Source: Leptogorgia sarmentosa
Taxonomy: Eukaryota
Length of the DNA stretch: 64,000 nucleotides
NCBI GenBank assembly: GCA_964658305.1
Contig: OZ210885.1
Location: 13,640,001-13,704,000 of the forward strand
Direction of reading: 5' to 3'
The notes beneath the pieces are model-generated. The model was not told where the DNA came from. It did no database searches and saw nothing but the letters and a program-made list of their open reading frames with translations. A program made the translations under genes and the position numbers. Positions 1-12,600 of this stretch are shown piece by piece (position 1 is the first letter of the stretch; every line of letters begins with the position of its first letter).

Positions 1-204
1 CGTTCATTTTCCCAATGTTTTCAGTGTTTTCCACTGACATTCCTAGATGAGCAACTAATCGACTTGAAGGGAAAATACTTCCATCTCCCTGGGGTATGCT
101 AAATCCGAAAAATTATTGTACTATAGCCAGCCTGCGGCCCCAGTCTGCTGTACTGTCCTGTAACAAAGAATACTCGCAGTGAATGGTCTAACGAAAATTT
201 TCAG

Positions 205-615
205 GATCTGGTATCCATGGAAAGAAGAGCTACCGTCTCCACGATCTCCTTTTGGGTTTTGCACGTGCAAAACTTGGAGCAAAACTAGGTTCTGTTCACT
301 GTTTATTCGTGGAGGCACTTCTTGGTAATTGCGAGAACGGTGATTGGGGGAAATTTAAAGGCAACAAGGATTATTATTTCAAGTACCTGACCTATCACCT
401 CCACTCCTCTGAACAATTTGATGAACTACATAAATTATTCTTCAATTTTAACTGGCTTTATGAAAAGGTGAATCGATTCGATCTCCCCTCCTTAATATCA
501 GATTTTCGTTTTCTGGACCCTCCCTCGAAAGAAATCGAACTGCTCAAGACGTCGTTGATGCTGTCTTCGACGGTTATCGAGGAGAATTTGCATTCTATTG
601 GTCCACAGCTGTTAG
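205..615 (+). CDS. APAF1-like exon 1 in window: MHD-like motif plus helical domain
   Basis: tttcag|GA acceptor at 204/205; G|gtaat donor at 615/616; YRLHDLL, YLTYHL and FNFNWL motifs. Confidence 0.85.
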
Positions 616-3600
616 GTAATTACTTTATTTTTTTGCTAAATTTTGTTTCACTTCCCAAACGATACGATAAGATTCCACATTTCTTTCGAAAACTGGTGGG
701 TCAAATCCATCCGATTGGTTTTTACTTGCATGGTTTCCATATATTCCCTAATATAAAACCCTTGTGTTTTCATTAATACTTCGAGAACAAGTGTAAATTC
801 GTAATAATATTATTGCAGTACACGTTCACTAAACTTTTTTGTCCAAAGTTGACAATAAATGACAAAAAAAACAAGAATTTTAGCGTTGATAAGCGTTTAT
901 TTATTTGTTTTTATAATGTATCGCGGGCTGGAAAACGTGGTATTTGAAAAATTAATTACACACCTGTGTAATTAATGTTTAATTCGCACAGTTGTTGAAG
1001 CTTTTTAACCAATCAGCGTCCAAGAAATTGACTACAATGATATTAAAGTTAAAATTTAAAATCAGAAAGTTGATAAATTTTGATGAAGGACTTGGAGTTT
1101 TAAGAAATTTACTACCTGTTATGCAGTATTTCATCTGTACTTCAACTATGAACTGTCAGCCACCGATGATCAGATAAGAGAACTATAGCACGATTGTAAA
1201 TATGTCTGTGATTTCAACTTCCCGAAAATGACTATATACAATGAAGACACGACAAAAGAAAGATTATTCTTCCCAGAGCGGAAGTCGATATTTATGGACT
1301 TTATGCATAACCGCACATGTTGCATATCCTTTCCGTCGTAAAGAACATTGCTAACTTAATCAAGAACACATGCATACTATACTCTGTTAATCGTTGGTTC
1401 TGATGTCAATAATTGTAACTAGCAACTAAGCATGACAACTGCTGGTATATTGCAGAATTAACCCTTGTCAGTGTAACATATGCGGAAATGAATCATTTCA
1501 TAAATACTCGTTCCGTTATATCATAAAATAAATTACTCATCTTTTTACTGTCACAATATAAAACAGAATACAACATCATTTCAACAATTGCAAAGCATTC
1601 AAAACTCTTTTTAGATCAATATTAGTAGTATCGCCTGATGATCGCTTTAAAAGCGTGAAACACTGTGTAGCGATTAATTTTAAGATTAAATAAAATATTA
1701 TATTATATTATATATAATTATATATAGTATAATCAGATAGGCCCGTTAGTTGTTCAATTTTAATTTTTGCCCGGTCAAAAAATTGTCTTAATCTTTATAT
1801 ATGCTATTTTAAATGTTATGATTTTGTTACGTACGTTAATAATGTTGTGTAATTTTTTTTCCAGGCAGACTGCTATCTTATAAAGAGTATAAAGACGCTA
1901 TTAGAGCAACTCCGTGCAACATGCACGGAGACTTGCCGTCTTATCCCGGAATTCTCATGTTTAGATCTTGGAGGCCCAGAGATCTTTCGAAAAACGTTTG
2001 ATTTAGTAGTATGCTCATTAGCGACGTCCAATACATCATCCGCTACTCTTGTAATTTGTGGTTTAGAGAATGGTTCAATCACAATGTTTGATCTTGACAC
2101 AGGTAGGTAACCGAGTGGTAACGTACTATGGATAAAACTAATGGCAAGGTTTGGGGTTTTTAATAGTTTTTTTTTTCTTTTGACCGATCGTCAGTCCAGA
2201 AAAGGGATAAAACACAGATTCAATGCCGCCTCTGCTTGTAATTGTAATTATATGTGCAACCATATCCTCACTCACATTTGAAAGAACCACCAGTTCTGAG
2301 TTATGCAAGTTGAGCGGCTGCGTGATCCCTAATCCTCTCCTACAAAATTGCTATGAAACCATTTTTGAACTTATCCGCAATGCAGTTGTCTTTCTATTAG
2401 GAATGACAGAAATGTCTGGTGATAGTTACAGTTTGATAAAATTTTAAAAATCTATATTGGTGCAGTGTTAAATAAACCTCTGTATACACACGTCATATTT
2501 CGCGCAAATAAGTAAGTAATAATAATATTACGCCATCCAAATCTCATTTCGTTACACGGATAATTATCCAAATTTTTTAGACCTGTAGCCCACTGCCTCG
2601 GTTTTTGAGAAAAGTTTCAGTTTTGGAAGCAGACAAATTGAATTATAGCGTATATATTATGACTATATTTTAAACATATTCATATAGCTACATGACTTTT
2701 TAGCTAAACAAAAGCTTTGATCTTGGTTATTCACTCAGAATATAGTTAATATGCAGTTGAAATGGCTGAGGGAACAAAAGTTTACACTCAACGTAATTGA
2801 TAATTCATTAGAAAATTAGCCAATTATGTACGGTAGTCGTCGTCATATGATGATATTTGAAATTTGGATTGGATACTTGAAGAGACATGTTCATCCAGAG
2901 TTACGCTGGGATAAAAATTAATTCAGTCATTTCTTGAACAGGATCAATGTTTACTGGGTAAAATATAAAAAAATCTCACAAATGGCTGGAGGGAATGCTT
3001 GTGTCTGCAACATATTAATAAAAGTATAAAAATCAAATCGGACAGAGTGACATATTATTTCTTCTAAACAATAAAACATACAATTATTAAGAAATCGTGT
3101 GCATAAATGATATCTGCCAATTTTAAAATGTGAAAGTTCAATAATTACAAATACAAGTAGGACAATATTTCTGTGCAATCATTGGTATTCACTGTATAGA
3201 ACATTTCCTTTTTATGGCCTCATGCATGCTTTCCAATTATCTACTTTCTGTTCTACCACCAACATTAGCCACTAAAATTTATGAAAACTGTAGTAAATAT
3301 ATTATGAATTTCAGTAAACTGTTCGGCATTTGAAAACAGCCATATGTGCATGTGGCTGATTTACAATTAAGCCCATATTTGTATAGTATGTTGTTGGTGA
3401 AATTTACGATTCAATATAATATCTAATTTATTACATCAACAAACTACGTCTATAGGTTACTTGACCGTTACTCTACCACTTTAGTTATCGAGCCAACAAG
3501 GACTGGTAGCGAGTCTTACCCAAGCGTTCAAGTTGGCTCGATACCTATATCTATGGACTTGCACAACAAAGATGAGGGCATACTTTTATGAAATCCCAAG

Positions 3601-6600
3601 AAGTAACGAATGAAAACACACGCCTGTGAAACACGCCACAGTAAACTCCGCAAAATTACCGTTATTTTGTTTCTAGTACCTATTAAAGATCGTTTCGATG
3701 TCTATCGCTTACATTGCTGTTTAAGTTGCTATAGAGACGTAATAGTATAAATGGAAGTTAGCGGTGTAAACAGAGTGTAGCTGATGGGTTAGTTACTGTA
3801 GTTACTTGTCTCAATCATTTATTTTATCGCCGCGATGTTTTGAACAATACTCCCAATGGAGTAACGATGTGAGTGAAAATTACCTATTACACCATTTTAT
3901 GTACGTGCTATCTAATTTTATAAACAGGGAGAGAAGTTCAACAACTACTGGGACATTCTAAACGCGTTACCTGTTTGGCTGTGTCACAAAGTGGAACAAT
4001 ACTAGCCTCTGGAGGGTTGTGGGATGGAAGTACAATCCTTTGGAGAATGGATAATTATGAACAGCTTTTTGAGTTCCACTTTCCGAGTCGCGTCAGTGCT
4101 CTGGATTTCAGTGCAGATGATCAGCGAGTGTTTATTGGAACAGACGATGGTAAGCATCGTAAACACAAGTCAAAAAAGTATATCAAAATGTTATTCAGAA
4201 TAGGTAAAAGGAAATTTGCATAAACGTTTTCTCGACTTCCGCTCTGCTTAAAAGTTAGTATTAAAGTGCGCGAGTTTCGATTTGCTGACGTGTACGGATT
4301 TAACGGTTCTGAAGGAACGCCAGCAACGATGCCATTGGAGAAAAAATTAAAACCTTTTCATACTATGTTTGTCAAATAACTCTGAAAATATGTAACCTCA
4401 TCGATACCAAATTCAATATTCAAATATCTTTTAGTAAAGAAAATTTAAATAGTTTTTCTTGAAATGAAAATACTTGAAAGTAGGATCACAAAACTTTTGT
4501 TTTACGTTGCAAATTCAATGGCGTAACTCTTCACGGTACGTTTTCGGTTGAAGTGTTGTGGACGGCCTCAATATTATGCCACTTAGCTTCACATGTTTAC
4601 CATGCTAACTCTATACGAAATATTGTCCTGAATATTATTTACATTTAAATTCTGCATTTGCATTAGAACATCAATTATACCCATGTGAACACGCCAAAAA
4701 CGTACCGTAAAATGAAGCACCCTAAAGTTTCAATAGAAATAATTGAAGCCCCGTTTACACAACAACATTTTTGGGCACGGCACTCTTAAATGTAGGCACG
4801 CGGACCACTAAATTTTAATCAGCCCGCTTCGTTTACACACTAAATTTTAAGCGGGCCAATTTTGCAGTGGGCACGCCGAATTACGAAAAACAGCCCGCTT
4901 AAAATGCGAGCTCAAAGCAACTGTTAGCGCTGATAATAACTAAAAAGCAAACTCGCGAGCTTTTCCAATCATGGCTAGCTAGCACTTCATACAATGTTAA
5001 ATTGGCTTTTGCTTGGTGTATGTTAGAAAACGACGCGACAACATGCATGTTGAAACAAGATGCAAAAGCAGCTAGCTCTGTTTACCTGTTTAAATAAACG
5101 CCGAGTTGCCTTAATTGAAGCAGTATTAGCTGTCGAAATGTCTTACACGCATGTAAAGATATTTGGATTGTTTTTCCTGCACATGACTCGATTATGCATC
5201 GCGTTGCTTCGTCAGACCACTGTTTCTGCCGTGTTTTGTTGTTTTCCCAAAACGAATGCGCGTGCGTAATTAATTCTGAGTCCGCGTGCCCTCTCTTTGG
5301 CGGCCGTTCCATATTTGAGTGGGAGTCAACTCTAAATAGCGACGCAGTCATCAGAGTGATCATGATTTAAATATTCACTGTATGTTTCATTGAACTTGTG
5401 CTTTGTAGCGAATGCGTAAAATTCAGAACCATTTCTCAGTCTCGTGTAGCATAATCGTCAATACATTTGAGATTGACTCCCACTCGATTTCTTACGAAAA
5501 GTGCTCAACAGAACCCACCAATAAAAGAGAAAATATGCGAGATACATCTAATAGTTTTTATTGACCAAATCTAAAAACTCGTTTGTAACCCGTCGTATAT
5601 TTCAACCATTCGTATTTTAACATTTGGATTCATACCTGTAAGCTGTTGTACATAATCGACTACATTTGAAAACAAAGTATATTTTCATAATTTTGAAGCG
5701 AAGCCTAACTGCCATACATGGCCCTTGCTTTACGGATGTGACTTTCGCGATCTGTAACCAAGTTTTACCAATAGTACCACTGGTATGGATGCACTGTACA
5801 ATGCATACAATTTGACAACAATTTAGCTATGGTAGAGGGTGGGTTTATGAAATTTACAAACGGCATCGTATCGTGTGATTGAATCATGTTCATTAATTAT
5901 TTTTGTGTTTGATGCCAGGATCAACAGTTTTACAACGTAGCTGTAGTAAAATGATTTCCAGGGAAAACCAGATACGTTTGTTTGAGTAGCACCTTTCAAC
6001 CTTCGCCAAAAGTACGAATTGTTCATATTCAAACAATAATTGCAACAGCTGGTTTGAGGATTCCAGCGTCTGCGTATCTTCAAACCAGCGGTTAACTGTA
6101 AACGTCGTGTAGAGCGCAGTGAAACGCAGAGTAAAAACATAAGCCAGCAACAGCCAGAGCATGTTCAGCGCGGGAGAGGGACACAATTAAAAACAAGATT
6201 TTACAAAATCGCCTAGGGTTAGACATTATTGAAACATCAGTCTGACGAGTATCCATGATGCGTTGTAGGGCTGAAAGTGTATTGTGTATCTACCGGAGAA
6301 AACCTCTCAACAAGTATTCCTGAGGGAGTCACGTCGCTGTGTACGACCAAAGATGGACAGTTCATTGCTACTGTTGGACCATATCGTGACAACACTATCA
6401 AGTTGTGGAAAGCCGATACACTAAATTTTGAGGCCAGTTTGGTTGGCCATACAGCTTATGTGACATGTGTTGTCGCAACAGGTATGAGTGAATATTTCAT
6501 AACATTTTGAAGATCTTACTTTAATATAGTTTCTTCGTATTATATTATACAAATAATGAATGTTTATGAGTGCAATGGTAAGAATATTTTCATGAGGAGA

Positions 6601-9600
6601 AAGATGGAATGTTCTATTCAACGAGGCGAAGCCGAGTTCAATGGAACATTCCATCTTTCACCGAATTGCCCAAAATAAACATTCATTATTTGTTTTATAT
6701 CACACCAAAATAACGTTTTGCTATTTTAAATACCCGGCATTTTGTTTTGCTAGTTTACGAAATAAGATTTCATCGCTCACATGGTCGCGCAACGTCCATG
6801 GATTCGCCATTAAATGCGTGCGATAATAACATTTTGAGCGATTGAAAATAATTAAAACCACCGTGCAATGGAAAGAAATATTTGCACGGTTCCATTGCAC
6901 GATTATGAAAATGGAATTTCTATTTTATATCACGTGATCGTAAATAACCAATTAATTCGCGTTAATTTAGCCAAGTTTTATGTAATTGTTAATATTTCTT
7001 TCGGATAAAACATATTAAACAATTATTGAATGAGATCTAGTGAGATATCAGGAATTTTCCAGGCCGAGGTTTCTGTTATCTGCCGAAGCCGAAGGCTGAG
7101 GCAGATAACACAAACCGAGGCCTGAATAATTCCTCATATCCTACAAGGACCGAATTCAATAATTGTTTCATTATTTATTTGTATATAGCGCTTGCAAAAA
7201 CACGCAATTGCAAGGTACTGAAAATACAACAATAATATCGTGTTCCCAAGACTGAATAAGCCAATTAGACAAAATGTTCTTATAGCTGTTGTACATTTCA
7301 AGGTCGCAGTCAGAGCAATTCAACATAGCTAAAAAAAAATTAAATCAAACAAATTTATTTCAACTGAATATAAACGTTTGGAAGAATGTTACATTCACAT
7401 TTCAATATGAACAATTCTAATATACAGAGTATTTATAATTACAAAAATGCAAATAATCGGGGGAAAATAAACACAATATTTATATTAAAATATTAATAAC
7501 CGAGAAAACAAACACAATACAAATGATCGAGAAAATGAATGTTGTTCTTCAATTGTTCTCACACGAATCTAAATATTAACAGTTTATGCCTTAAAGTTAA
7601 CTTGACAGTTGTAAAAATTATACTATTATACATTTAAAATTTATTCTCGTTCCTGATTGATCAGAATGCACCGGCTAATTCTCATTATTATACATTTAAA
7701 ATTTATTCTCGTTCCTGATTGGTCAGAAAGCACCGGCTAATTCTCAGTATTCGGTATTTATTACCTATTTTCCGCCGATGACGTCATCAGCGTCCAATAA
7801 TTATTTTTTTGGATCGAACTTGCATCCAAAAAAAAAATTATTGGACTCTCTCGTGCCCAAGCCCTAGCGCTGTCAAAAGCTTGAAGCTAAAAGCGCGCGA
7901 AAAAACAAACAAACAAACAATGGCCTGTAGCAGATTTGCTTCGCTGAATGAAAGTGAACTCTCTTTTAAATGTATAATAAAACAATTATTGGATTCGGCT
8001 TTCGCATGATATCAAGAATTATTCAGACCTCGGTCAATGTTATCCGCCTCAGCTTCGCTTCGGCAGATAACATTGACTTCGGTCTGAATAATTCTTGATA
8101 TCATGCTCAGCATCATCCAATAATTGTTTAGTATTCGATATTTATTACGTATATTCCGCCGATGACGTCATCAGCTCCAATAATCTTTTTTGGATCGAAT
8201 TTTGCATCCAAAAAAATGTTATTGGACTCTCTCGTGCCCAAGCCCCAGCGCTGTCAAAAGCTTGAAGCTAAAAGCGCGCGAAAAAAAAAACAAACAAACA
8301 ATGGCCTGCAGCAGATTTGCTTCGCTGAATGAAAGTGAACTCTCTTTTAAATGTATAATAAAACAATTATTGGATTCGGCTTTCGCATGATGCCAAGAAT
8401 TACTCAGACCTCGGTCAATGTTATCCGCCTCAGCTTCGCTTCGGCAGATAACATTGACCTCGGTCTGAATAATAAACAATTATTGGATGAGGGTGAGCAT
8501 GATATCAAGAATTATTCAGACCGAGGTCAATCTTATCTGTCGAAGCGAAGCTGAGGCAGATAACATTGACCGAGGTCTGAATAATTCTTGACATGCGAAA
8601 GCCGAATTCAATAATTGTTTTATTATACATTTAAAAGACACGGTAATTTGGAGAGTTCACTTTCATTCAGCGAAGCAATTCTGCTGCAGGCCATTGTTTG
8701 TTTGTTAGTTTTCGCGCGCTTTTAGCTTCAAGCTTTTGACAGCGCTGGGGCTTGGGCACGAAAGAGTCCAATAATTTTTTTTTTGGATGCAAGTTCGATC
8801 CAAAAAAATAATCAGCTTCGCTTCGGCAGATAACATTGACCTCGATCTGAATAATTCTTGTTATTATATACACAAGCGCTGGATATGAGCTATTCTGCAA
8901 TCTGATTGGTTCTCTACTAGCAGGATATTAGCTCATATCCGGCTAGTACCGAAATGTAAACAAAATGGCTGAAAGAACGAAGCCGGAATTGAAGTTTTCA
9001 ACAGTTAAAAACGTCTTTGCGACCGATTAAATGGATATAATTCAAGAAGTTTAGTTGTAAATGTTTATTGTGCAGTTTTGAAGCTGGAAAACCGGACTCG
9101 ACGCTGTAATATTCATCGCTTGACTGAGTTGGATCGCTTGTTGGTGTTTGTTGACATTTTACAACGGAAAAATTTGTGTTGTACTTTCAAATGCAGAAAA
9201 ATACAGATGAAACCTGCTGAAATTTAAAACTAGCTATGGTTTAAACGAAACGTCGACTATTTTAATTCCGTAACTGTTGTTTTCTCAGTGCTTTTTGGCG
9301 TGTATTTATCAAGTAAAACTGTTTTTGTAAATATGTCGATTTCAAAGCGATAGAACACTTTGAAATTATATTCAGTTAATAATTAAAATACAAATAAATT
9401 TGGAACATGGAAGTTGTTTTTGTCCAGCGCTTGTGTACATAATAAAACAGTTATTCTGCTCACTCTCGTCGTATATGACTATCAGCGCATATACGACTCG
9501 AGTTCGCAGAATAACTGTTAAATACATACATGCAGCAACCCCTCGCCTTACTAACTAATTAATGCAACTATATTTTTGCAACATGAAGTACTTCAAAGGC

Positions 9601-12600
9601 TGCCTGAGGTTGTTGTCATGGCAACACGATCGGAATTTCATATTTCTGTATTTTTTTGAAAAAAGTCAAAATATATATATGTTATTTACCAGCTGGGAGG
9701 TCCGTACTGGAAAATATTTTGTCGAGGTCTCAAAATCGGCCCGAGGCCGAAGGCCGAGGGACGTTTTTGAGACCGAGACAAAATATTTTCCAGTTCGGAC
9801 CGACCTAAATGGTAAATAACTTATTTATTTTTTTTATGCTCGAAGCTATAATAAAACTCATAAGAAATTCCAGTGTTGCGAACTAGATTTTGAGATCAGT
9901 TGTGTTTGTTTACTTTGCTACTCTATCGCAAGTATGGCTGCTAAACAGCCAAGACGAAGTGAGAACAAACGCTTTTCCTCTCAACATTACTACGAAAAAG
10001 GTAAACTTATTGAAATTATTTATTTTCTCGTTCGTTTCACGATACAAACGTGGTTAAAATACGTTTTAGACACCGAAATATTTCGCCGAGAATGTTTTGT
10101 TTTGTTCATACTGTTATGACTTTGTTGATACTTTGAGTTTTTGTCGCTGTAAATACCCCCTAAAATATCCCTTAGCAAAATAAAATGAACTTTCATGTGT
10201 TCTTTATCGCCTAAATTCGTTTTGAATGTTTTAAAAAGCGGCCATTAAATTTTAAAAAACAAAAACACTGACTATATTTGTATCTACGAGAATGCGAGCG
10301 GTCCGTACAGTAGGATACGGACCGCTCGGCAACCAATCAGAAAGCTCTATTTAGGTTACGGACCGGGAGTTACGGACCGGGAAAAACATAACGGCTTTTA
10401 TCTTTGTTTTATTGGCAATTTTTTTTCTTTGGAGAACCATTTGTTATCCGTACGTTATTATGACTAATATAAACTTGAATTTGGTGCGAAATACTACATT
10501 TATTTGTATAAAACGTTTTAAATATAAAATATACAAGTCAGTCTTTGATATCAAACAATTTCCAGCCAATGTTCGCTCGTGTTCTTTTGGGGTAAAGATT
10601 GTAAATATTTTGTGAAGTCTTACCTTTAAAACGATAGACTTATACTCTGGAATTGAGCCGTGAATAGACTAAATGCGGCTACGGCGACCTTTCATGCAAA
10701 TAGTAGCCTAGACCGTAGATAGTAAATACGCAAAACAAACGTTCACTGCCGGCAACATATTGACGAACTTATCTTGTGTTTCAATCCGGCCGTAGTCGTT
10801 TGTTCCCCTTTCTCAGCGTTTTATATCTTCTGAGAAGGCTTTTCAAGTCCTACAGCGTAGATCTTGTCTTTATTTTCGCCTTTCCAAACAGGGGCGGATC
10901 CAGGATTTTTCGTACCTTAGTCAAAAAATAGGGGGGGGGGGACACCTTGCTCCCCCATTCTACGCCACTGCTCTGAAATGCATTTCATATTAATACATCA
11001 ACCAAGAACAATTCTAGCTGTTTCACATGTATCTAAATAATGCACACGTATCGAATTGAACTACAATACATAATATTATTATTTATTTCAAAAAATTCAG
11101 GAGTTTTGATTGGTTAAGAACAGTGCAATAAATCCTCATATACGACATTATGACGTAATTATGTCGTATATTGAAAATTATACGACATTATGACGTCGAG
11201 TAATTTATTCTGCATATGCCAAAAGCGGGAAAATTGTGGAAAATACAAATTGCTTCCTCAAAGGAAAGGTTCTTCCAAACGTTTATATTGAGTTGAAATC
11301 AATTGGTTTGATTTAATTTTTGTTTAGCTATGTTGAATTGCTCTGACTGCGACCTTGAAATGTACAACAGCTATAAGAACATTTTCTCTTGTAGTCTGAT
11401 TAGCTTATTCAGTCTTGCGAACACTTATTTTTGTTCTATTTCCAGTACCTTGCAATTGCGTGTTTTTCCAAGCGCTATATACAAATAAATAATAAAACAA
11501 TTATTGAATTGGGTCCTCGTAGGATATGGGAATTATTCAGGCCTCGGTTTGTGTTATCTGCCTCAGCCTTCGGCTTCGGCAGGTAACACAAACTTCGGGT
11601 TGAATTATTCCTCATATCCTACTCGGCCTCATTCAATAATTGTTATATATGATACCTCAAATTCAAATTGTCCAATGAAAAAACAGCATTTGTACCACGT
11701 GATAGTGTGATTTTTTACCGTATTTCACTCAAATTCATGATTTCGCAATCCAGCGTGGGATACTATAATATCCCACGACAGATCCACCGTGGGATATTAT
11801 AGTATCCCACGGTCACGCGTGACGCATGGGCAACACGCGCTTACCATATCTATGGAAAATGGCGGGAGAGCAAGACTCGGACGAAGAAATAAATAGACTT
11901 CTTGAAAACTAAGATGCAAAAACGTTTTGTTCGGTATAATATATCATTTATAGACCCTCCGCTCGGAGGATTCGGCGATATTTCCCTCAGTCATGATATT
12001 TTCCTCGGGGCAGAGCACCTCGGAAAATATCATCACTTCGGGAAATATTACGCCGAATCCCCCTCGCTCCGGATCTATAAATGATAAGAATTCAATTACA
12101 GGAGAATTAATTGAATTACAAGCTGGCAACAGAATATGACAGCATTTTATACCATTTGTTTTTAACTTATGAAATTATATAGATAAAGTAACAAATGGAA
12201 GCCAACATGAATGTTGTTTGTAAAGTAATATTGTTTTAGATATACTGTCCATTGCCAAAGATATATAGCCAGGTGTCGTCTGACTTATCTTGTCCATCTT
12301 GATTTCAGACCCTCTTATTCCAACAGACAAAAATGATATAGTTACACCTGTTTTATAATTGTTGTGACAAACATTGTGCTGTACTGTTAGAACTTGGTAG
12401 GTTAGTTGCTTGAATAAATGTGATAATGATTGAATTTAATCAGTCAATTTTCACAGCTACTCAGTAACATGAAAGAGCAGTTATAGGCAACAGTTAAGAG
12501 CAGTTAAACACAGTTATGTTCCCAAACATAAATATGAATACATGTGTAAACTAATAATGATGAAATGCAGCAATGAAAATTTCCCATTGCGGTACGTGCT

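Noticed and set aside
4746..6200. Harbinger-like end CCCCGTTTACAC followed by short ORFs
   Set aside because: No matching second TIR or transposase motif found, so the element cannot be delimited
7809..8554. Repeated short ORFs (…MACSRFASLNESELSFKCIIKQLLDSAFA)
   Set aside because: Translations of the tandem hairpin elements, not host genes
7623..8860. Palindromic repeats as a CRISPR array
   Set aside because: Eukaryotic context, long units, no unique spacers and no cas genes
10889..10970. Tiny hAT-like MITE (CAGGGGCGGA...CGCCACTG)
   Set aside because: Ends mismatched and no TSD; probably a chimeric remnant
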